NCBI GenBank assembly: GCA_963762145.1 | Contig: CAVXJS010000022.1 | Span: forward strand, 1 to 64,000 | Reading direction: 5' to 3' | Source: an uncultured Candidatus Rokubacteria bacterium | GTDB taxonomy: Bacteria; Methylomirabilota; Methylomirabilia; Rokubacteriales; CSP1-6 | Length of the DNA: 64,000 bases | Part shown: positions 56,464 to 64,000 of the stretch, one piece after another | Position numbering within the stretch: position 1 is the first letter of the stretch | How the letters are laid out: every line of letters starts with the position of its first letter | Notes under the pieces: model-generated | Database searches by the model: none | What the model was told of the DNA's origin: nothing | What the model saw: the letters and a program-made list of their open reading frames with translations, nothing else | Program-made: the position numbers and the translations under genes

Positions 56464-57790
56464 TCAGCGGGGCTCCTCGAGACCGAGGCGGTAGCGCCGG
56501 ATGTCGGCGCGGACGTCGCGAACGGTCTCGCCCTCGATCTCGATCCGCACCTCGTGCCGCTCCACGTCCCAGTGCTGCACCGTGGACAGCCAGCCGAAGA
56601 TCCGGCGGGACTCCGGCAGGAGCCGGCGGCCGCGGTAGATGAGGGTCGTGTGCCCGGAGGCCGGGAACTGCTCCTGGCGCTCCACGGGGGCGCCGCAGAG
56701 CCGGATGACCTCGTCGAGCGTCGTCGTCCCCGGCACGATGCGCTCGAGCACCTCCCGGGCCAGGATCACGCCCGCTCGCGGGTCGCGCCCGTCCCGCCAC
56801 GCGCCGAGCTGCACGCGCGCGGCGACCGCGTCGATCAGCGCGCAGGAGGCCCCGTCCGAGCAGCGGCCCCATCGCCTGGCCGAGAGCGAAGATGAGGAGC
56901 GGGGCGGCCACCAGGAGCACGGTCTGGGTGCGCGAGAAGTAGCCGAACTGCACGGCGAGCTGCTGCGGGGTGATGCCGTCCCCTCGATCGAGGAAGAGCG
57001 AGACGACCTGGGTGGAGTCGAGCGTCTCGCTCAGCCGCCTGATCGAGGTGGGGGGATACACCTCGTCGATCTTGAGCCGATCGGACTGGGGAAACTGCAC
57101 CACCAGCTCGGCCGGCGCGTCGGCCAGGCGCACGACGCGATCGCGATGGGCGAGGTACATCGGAAACAGCGGCCGGTCGCGGACCTCGTTGAAGCCGATG
57201 GCGACGCGCGAGGGGCCGCCGCGGATGATCGTCTCCACCCATCCGAGCTTTTGCGGCTTCACCAGCCCGGCCACGTGGAGGGTGACCTCCATGAGCCAGC
57301 CCCGGTCGGCGAGCCGCGGCGTCCACGGAATGCGAATGAAGGTGGCGGGCGGGCTCAGCCCCAGCGCGCCGGTCTGCACGAAGGTCACGAACGGCGCCCC
57401 GGCCGGCTGGACCTCGGTCGCGCCGTCGGCCAGCCCGCGGGCCAGCAGTCCCACGTGGCCTTCGGCCGTCACGTCGAAGCCGCGGTCGGTGACGTAGCGG
57501 GCCAGCGCCGCGTCCGGCTTCCGGGTGGGCGCGTCGTTCCGGATCTCCCCGGGCCAGAGCAGGAAGATGTCCTGCGCCACGTCGGCGGCCTGGCGGTCCG
57601 GCGGGAGCAGGAGGCCCCACGTCACCACCACCGGTATCGGTCCCGCCTCCTCGCGCACGGTGGCGTTGACCATCAACGGCCCGATCGTGAAGGGCGGCTC
57701 CGGGCGGGACGCGAGGAAGAGCTGCGCCTGGGCCGGAACGGGAGCCAGGAAGCAGAGCGCGACCGCTAGAGACCAGGCAAGCCGGCGCAT
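56464..57790 (-). CDS. Secreted/membrane hypothetical protein with C-terminal SmpA/BamE-like motif, frameshifted
   Basis: Signal peptide MRRLAWSLAVALC..AQA; TM VLLVAAPLLIFALG; IVPGTTTLDEVIRLCGAP. Confidence 0.6.
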
Positions 57791-57864
57791 GGGCGAGGCC
57801 CGATCATACGCGTCCGCCACCGGCCATGCCAGGCAGGGGACGGGACCATGCTAGATTGGCCCCC

Positions 57865-58878
57865 ATGCGCCACCCCACGTCTGGCGTTTCCCGGGAACAC
57901 GCCGCCGCCGGGGCGGGGCAGGGCCGGCTCGCCGCCGCGGCGCGGGCAATCGCGGAGGGGGCTTTTCCCTACGCACCCTGGGCGTTCTGGCTGGGACTCC
58001 TGATCCTGATCTCGGTGACGCTGCTCACCATGCCCGGCAATCCGGTCCTGGATCTCAACGCCCGGAGGTACCGCGAGCCCGGCACGATCTTCGCGCACGC
58101 GGGCGCGCTGCTCTTCCTCTTCGGCCTGCTGCCGGTGGCGCCGCGCGGTCTGGCCGCGGTGGCGGCGCTCTCACCCGGGCGGCGGCGCGCGCTCCTCGGC
58201 ATGGCCGCGGTGGGGCCGCTGGCGGTGCTCGGCCTCATCGCGATCGGCTGGCCCGCGTACGCGCGCGCGCTGACGCGGGAGTGGGGTCTCGTCGAGCCGG
58301 CCGAGGCCACGCTCTATCTCACCGCCGCCTGGATCGCCTTGCGCCACGCCGCCCTGCTCGGCCCGAGGGCGCCGGACGCGCGCTGCTTCCGCTTCGTCGC
58401 CTTCGCCTGCGGGGTGCTGGCGCTCGAGGAGATGGACTGGTTCGGCCTGGTCGGGCCGATCATCGGCCGCATCGGCGCCCCCAACGTGTACCTGGGCTCC
58501 TCCCACGATCTGCTCAAGGTCGCGTGGCACTACCACTGGTTCGCGATCCCGCTCGCGCTCTCGGCCCTGCTGGTCCTCGCGGTGGTCTGGTATCGCGGCT
58601 ACGTCACGGTCGGCTTCGTCCGGCGTGAGATGTTCGATCCGACCTCGCTGCCGCTCTACGGCGCGCTGCTCGGCCAGGTCGTGGCCCAGATGCTCGATGT
58701 GGACGACACGGTCCTGAGCACGCGCCACGCGTTCTTCCGCTATCCGCTGGAGGAACCCATCGAGCTCCTGTCCGAGCTCCTCCTGGTCGGCGGCCTGCTG
58801 CTCAAGTACTGCCGCGACTGGCACCGGGCGGGCCGCCCCCGGTGGGATGAGCCCGGGGGCTGTGGTAGGCTCCCGGCC
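57865..58878 (+). CDS. Polytopic membrane hypothetical protein (no in-frame stop before the MmgE/PrpD start)
   Basis: Multiple TM helices; REWGLVE, ALEEMDW, EEPIELL. Confidence 0.55.
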
Positions 58879-60241
58879 ATGAACGCGACCACGCTGCTCG
58901 CCGAGTTCGTCACCAAGAGCCGCTACGAGGACTGCCCCGAGGGAGCCCTCGACGCCGCGCGGCGCGCCATTCTCGACTGTCTGGGCGTGATGCTGGCCGG
59001 CTCCATGGAGCCGGCGGCGCGCATTCTCCAGCAGGTGGCCCGGGCCGAAGGCGGCGCCCCGCTGGCGACGGTGGTCGGCACGGGCCGCCGCACCGGCGCG
59101 GTCTGGGCCGCGCTCTGCAACGGCACGGCGGCCCACGCGCTCGACTTCGACGACACCAACTTCGCCCTGATGGGACACCCCTCGGCTCCGGTACTGGCGG
59201 CGGCGCTGGCCGCGGGCGAGCTGGCGCTGGCCGACGGGCGCGCGGTGCTTCACGCCTTCCTGCTGGGCTTCGAGGTCGAGACCACGCTCGCCGAGGTCAT
59301 CAACCCGGCTCACTACGCCCACGGCTGGCACGCCACCTGTACGCTCGGCACGCTGGGCGCGGCGGCGGCGGCGGCGCGACTCCTGGGCCTCGACGCCGCC
59401 CAGACCCGTCACGCGCTCGCGGTGGCCGCCTCGCAGTCCTCGGGTCTGAAGGAAAACTTCGGCACCATGACCAAGCCCTTCCACGCCGGGCACGCGGCGC
59501 GGAGCGGGGTGCTGTCGGCCCTGATGGCGCGCGAGGGCTGGACCGCTTCCGAGCACGCTCTGGAAGGGCCGCAGGGCTTCTTCAGCGTGCTGGGCGCGGG
59601 CAAGCTCGATCTCGAGCCGCTCGGAACGCTCGCCGCGCCGTGGAAGATCCTGACCACCGGGGTCGCGGTGAAGCCCTACCCGTCCTGCGCCTGCACTCAC
59701 TCGATCATCGACGGCGCGCTCGAGCTGAAGCGCGTCGAGGGCATCCGGCGCCGACGAGGTCGAGGAAGTGACGGTCGGCGTGGCCGCGGGCGTGCCGCGC
59801 ATCCTGATCCACTCGCGTCCGCGCACCGGCCTCGAGGCGAAGTTCTCCGCCGAGTTCTCCGCGGCGGCCGCGCTGATCGACGGACGCGTCGGCATGGCCA
59901 CCTTCCAGGACGACCGGGCGCAGGATCCTCATCTGCGACGCCTGATGGAGCGGATCCGGGTGGTGGTGGATCCAGAGATCCCGACCGATCTCGAGCGCCA
60001 CATGTGGACCCGCCTGACCGTCCGGATGACGGGGGGCCGGACGGCCAGCATCGGCCCCCGGCCGGTGCCGGGCCATCCCGCCAATCCGCTGACGCTCGAG
60101 GCGCTCCGGGAGAAGTTCGCGGAGTGCGCCGCGCTGGTGCTCCCCGCCGATCGCGTGGACACCGTGGCCCGGATGGTCGAGTCGCTCGACACCTGCCCCG
60201 ATCTGCGGAGCCTGACCGCGATCCTCGATCCCGGCCGCTGA
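58879..60241 (+). CDS. MmgE/PrpD family protein, one frameshift
   Basis: AHALDFDD, GHPS, GWHAT, TKPFHAG, KPYPSC, AKFS, GHPANPL. Confidence 0.92.
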
Positions 60242-60256
60242 CCGCGGCCGCGCGCC

Positions 60257-61042
60257 TCAGCGCGCGTCGTCGGACCGCGGCGGCGGGAGCCATCGGAGCG
60301 ACGCGGCGAAGAGTCCCGCCCCGATCACGAGCAGCACCGCGTTCGCGCCGTATCCCTGCGGCGAGCCGAACGCGGCCGACAGCACCACCGAGGCCGCGTT
60401 GTTGGCCACGTGGCAGATCACCGCGGGGATCACGCTGGCGGATCGCTCGGTCACCAGCCCGAGGTAGATCCCGATGCCCGTCGCCAGCACGCCGTGCACC
60501 ACCTCGCCGTGGATCACCCCGAACGCGATCGCGGTCATCAGGATGGCGGGGCCCGCGCTCCATACGCGGCGCAGCCGGGTCAGCATGAAGCCGCGGAAGA
60601 ACAGCTCCTCGCCGACCGGCGCGAAGGCGCCGATCACGAGGATCGCCAGCAGGAGACCGACCGGACTGGCCGAGGCGAGCGTCCGGGCGATCCAGTCGAG
60701 GGTGACGCCGGAGCCCACGCCCACCAGGATCGCGAGCGACTCGAGCGCCTGGCTCAGCGAGAGGATTCCCACGATCATCGCGGCGACGGTCGCGCCGGAC
60801 ACCCGGCTCGGCAGCAGGCGCAGGCGCTCGCGCCGCGGAGCGCCCGCCGCGATCCACGCGATGCCGATGAGCGCCAGGGACGACGCGGGCACGCTGACCA
60901 GGAGGGCGGTGAGGCCGTCGCGCTCCGGGTCGAACGTGCCGCCGCGCCCGGCCATGAGGGCGATCACCGCCGCGAACTGCGTGCCGAAGACCGCCGCCAC
61001 GGCGGCGAGATAGACGAGAAGGGTGGTGGCGATCACCGGCAT
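60257..61042 (-). CDS. CPBP (CAAX protease/Abi) intramembrane metalloprotease
   Basis: EELFFRG, FGVIH, HVANN. Confidence 0.88.
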   Translation of the reverse strand: MPVIATTLLVYLAAVAAVFGTQFAAVIALMAGRGGTFDPERDGLTALLVSVPASSLALIGIAWIAAGAPRRERLRLLPSRVSGATVAAMIVGILSLSQALESLAILVGVGSGVTLDWIARTLASASPVGLLLAILVIGAFAPVGEELFFRGFMLTRLRRVWSAGPAILMTAIAFGVIHGEVVHGVLATGIGIYLGLVTERSASVIPAVICHVANNAASVVLSAAFGSPQGYGANAVLLVIGAGLFAASLRWLPPPRSDDAR

Positions 61043-61048
61043 GACTGA

Positions 61049-61084
61049 CTCACCCCGCCCTCTCCCGCGAGGGGAGAGGGAGAT
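61049..61084. repeat. REP-like palindromic repeat, copy 3
   Basis: CTCACCCCGCCCTCTCCCGCGAGGGGAGAGGGAGAT. Confidence 0.8.
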
Positions 61085-61088
61085 CACG

Positions 61089-62172
61089 CTAGTGGTGGCA
61101 GGTCACGCACTCGAGCGGGGCATTGCGGGGCGCGTTCTCGCTGCCCGGAGCCGGAAAGACCGACGGGATCGGCGCGTCGGCGGCGGTCTGGATCCCCTGC
61201 GACGCCCTTGACGTTGGCGGTGCGGTGGCACTCGACGCACCAGCCCATCGTCAGCTTCGGCGGCTGGTTCGGGATTCCCGCGAGGTTCTTGCAGGTCGTT
61301 GACGATGCTCTGCCCGGTCTCCGGCGTGCACGCGCTCCATCGCCTCGATACGGCCGTGGCAGGTCTGGCACTGCACGCCCGCCTGCACGTGGGGCTTGTG
61401 CGTGAACTGGGCGTGCTCGGGGATCTTGAAGACGCGGAGCCACGGGATGGGCTCCTTGCGCTCCCAGTACCCGTGGATCTTCTCGACCTCGGGATTGCCC
61501 TGCGTCGGCGACGATCTTGTGGCAGCCCATGCAGCGCTCCACCGACGGCACGCCCGCCGAGCTGCTCCGCCGCGCGTTCGCGTGGCAGTACTGGCAGGCG
61601 ATCTGGTACGAGCCGGCGTGGATCACGTGGCTGAAGAAGATCGGCTGCACCGGCCCCTGGCGCGTGGTCGGCGACCGGCAGCACCTTTGCCGGATCGTAC
61701 GCGGGCTCGGCCAGCGTCCGGACGTAGGCGATGACTTCCCGGATCTGCACGTCCGACAGGTAGGGCGTGAAGCTCGGCATCAGCGGCGAGAGCCCGACCG
61801 CCTGCCCGCCGTGCGAGATGATGCTGTGCAGGAAATGGTCGGGCAGCGGGTTGAGGATGCGGCCCTCGGTCAGGTTCTGGGGCTTGATCGGCAGGTTCTG
61901 GCCGGCGACGCCGTCGCCCTTGCCCTCGGTGCCGTGGCAGTTCGCGCAGTAGTCGCTGTAGGTCTGCTTGCCCCGCTCGATGATCCGCGGGTCGACGACC
62001 GCGGCACCATGCCCGCCTGGCGGCCGTGGCTTCTGCGTCGCCCCCGGGCCGGCCGGCGGCTGAGGCGTGGTGGCCGACTTGCGCCGCGGAATCGGGAACA
62101 GCGATCAGCATGCCGATCAGGACGGCCGCGAGAGCCGCACTGCCGACGGCGGACGGCCAGCGTGATGCGCAT
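61089..62172 (-). CDS. Hexaheme cytochrome c: monoheme domain + ActA/QrcA-like pentaheme domain, frameshifted
   Basis: CANCH, CQYCH, CMGCH, CQTCH, CVECH, CVTCH; QPIFFSH..HAG, PIPW.RV, F.H..H, MGWC. Confidence 0.82.
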
Positions 62173-62291
62173 CAGGATTCGGGCTGTCTCCCTGGAAAAA
62201 CCCCACCGAATATACTCAAAACCCGGCCGGAATCCTAGTCAGAAATTTCACAATCTCCGGGCGGCCTTGCCTCCCCGACCAGCGCCTGCCT

Positions 62292-63018
62292 TCACCCGCC
62301 GAGATACAGGCGCTTGACCTCGGGGTCGGCGAGCAGGCTCCGCCCGTGCCCCTCGAACCGGTTCCGGCCGAGCTCGAGCACGTAGGCCCGGTCGGCCACC
62401 GCCAGCGCCCGGGCCGCGTTCTGCTCCACCACCATCAGCGTGTAGCCGGCACTGCTTCATCTCGGTGAGCTTGTCGAAGATCAGCGAGACGAACTTGGGG
62501 GCCAGGCCCAGCGAGGGCTCGTCGAGCAGGATGAGCTTGGGCGTGGTCATGAGCGCCCGGCCGATGGCCACCATCTGCTGCTCGCCGCCCGACATGGTCC
62601 CCGCCTTCTGGCTCCGCCGCTCGGCCAGGATCGGGAACAGCGCGTAGACGCGCTCGAGCGCCTGCCGGATCCGGCGGCCGTCGCGCTCGATGTAGGCGCC
62701 CATCTCGAGGTTCTCCAGCACCGTCATCTGCGGGAACACGATGCGGCCCTGGGGCACGTAGGCGAGCCCGCGCGGCAGCACCTGGTCGGGGCGGAGGCCC
62801 GTGATGTCCTGGCCGTCGAAGAGGACGCGCCCGCTGGTCGGGCGCAGGAAGCCCACGATGGTCTTGAACGCGGTGGACTTGCCCGCGCCGTTGGGCCCGA
62901 TGACGCTCACCATCTCGCCCGCGCGCACGTCGAGCGTGACGTCGTGGAGGATGGCCATCTTGCCGTAGCCGGCCGTGAGCGCTCGACGTGCAGGAGGACC
63001 GGCTGGCCGCGTGGTCAC
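62292..63018 (-). CDS. Branched-chain amino acid ABC transporter ATPase (LivF-like)
   Basis: GPNGAGKST, MSGGEQQM, LLDEPSLGLAP. Confidence 0.9.
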
Positions 63019-63678
63019 GGCAGGCGCTCGCACGATGTAGAGCACGTGCGGGATACGGCAGGACGTCGACCATCAGGTGCCGGTAGCACCGCGGAAGCCC
63101 ACGTCCTCGAGCGAGCGCCTGCAGCTCCTCCGCCGGCCAGTAGCGCACGGGCGTGCGCGGATCCATCACCTGGTCGAGCGCGTGGGTGAACCAGCGCTTC
63201 CAGGCCGGCCGGCGGTCCACGTCCTTGATCGAGCGAGGCGGCCGCCCGCGGGCAGCGCCTTGGCCACCTGCTCGAGCAGCGGCCGCACCGCGTCCTCCGG
63301 GATGTGGTGGACGATGTCGAGCATGTAGGCGGCGTCGAAGCGCGTCGCCGCCGCGGACTCGAAGTCCATGACGTCGCCGACCTCGTACCGGACATTGGCG
63401 AGGCCGAGCCGCCGCGCGGCCGCGCGGGCCATCTCGATGCGCCGCGCGTTGCGATCGAAGCCCTCGAGCGGTCGAGCGCGGGATGCGCCGCTCGCGTAGT
63501 AGAGCGAGAAGAGCCCGAACCCGCAGCCCAGGTCGAGCACGCGGCCCCGCGCGGGCAGGTACTGGCCGATCTCGTCGAGGAACCGCTGGCGCAGGATCCA
63601 GAACCGCCCCCAGCAGTACGCGCGCACGATCGGGTCGTCGTAAGCGCGGATGACGCTACGAATCGCTTCGCTTCGCAT
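63015..63678 (-). CDS. Class I SAM-dependent methyltransferase, frameshifted
   Basis: VLDLGCGFG, DIVHHI. Confidence 0.8.
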
Positions 63679-64000
63679 AGATCCGGTACCCGTCGCCCTC
63701 GACGGCCAGCGTGTACGACGCGTCCAGCAGTTCGCCGCAACGCGGGGAACGCGTCGAGCCGATCGTAGCCCGGAGCGGGCCAGCGTGTCGCTCGAGCATC
63801 ACCACCGCGGCCGGGCGGCGCGGCCTCGAGCCCCGCGACGAACTCGCGCCCGGAGCGCCTCGATGCGCGGGTCGCCGATATCGTGGAAGAAGTGGAAGTC
63901 GTAGATGAAGCGCGTGGGCTGCCGCAGGCCCGAGCCGCAACAGCGCGTGGATGCCGCCGGCGGTGGTGTCCATCACCTGCACGGTGGCGCCGGGCGGCAG
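63656..64000 (-). CDS. C-terminal part of a hypothetical protein (truncated by window)
   Basis: VQVMDTTAGGIHALLRLG...RFIYDFHFFH...EGDGYRIYAKR. Confidence 0.5.
   Translation of the reverse strand: MPPGATVQVMDTTAGGIHALLRLGPAAAHALHLRLPLLPRYRRPAHRGAPGASSSRGSRPRRPAAVVMLERHAGPLRATIGSTRSPRCGELLDASYTLAVEGDGYRIYAKRSDS

Overview
High-GC bacterial chromosomal segment. Gene content and repeat families suggest Candidatus Rokubacteria/Methylomirabilota, but this is an inference. Several blocks carry dense single-base indels (about 1.6-7.4, 37.2-38.4, 46.0-48.2, 51.6-52.3, 55.2-56.0 and 61-64 kb) that look like long-read consensus errors, so many CDS calls are stitched across frames. From left to right: (1) the edge of a lower-GC island integrated at tRNA-Phe; (2) an operon of AIR-synthase-like, ggt, secreted protein, D-glutamate-cyclase-like and class III aminotransferase genes; (3) an 11-subunit complex I operon (nuoA-D, H-N, no nuoEFG) interrupted by a NIPSNAP gene; (4) a HAMP-GGDEF-EAL gene and an orphan ParB-like/Zn-ribbon gene; (5) a solitary MreB paralog lacking its catalytic Glu; (6) trxA, bcp, ahpCD and tpx; (7) squalene-hopene cyclase; (8) a free-standing HTH-LAGLIDADG gene lying between a promoter and tRNA-Leu, then tRNA-Ala; (9) glgP-sthA; (10) a STAND-type adenylate/guanylate cyclase with an Arg-rich DRR/ERR tail; (11) MmgE/PrpD and a hexaheme ActA-like cytochrome. 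No CRISPR array, rRNA, integrase or transposase was seen.
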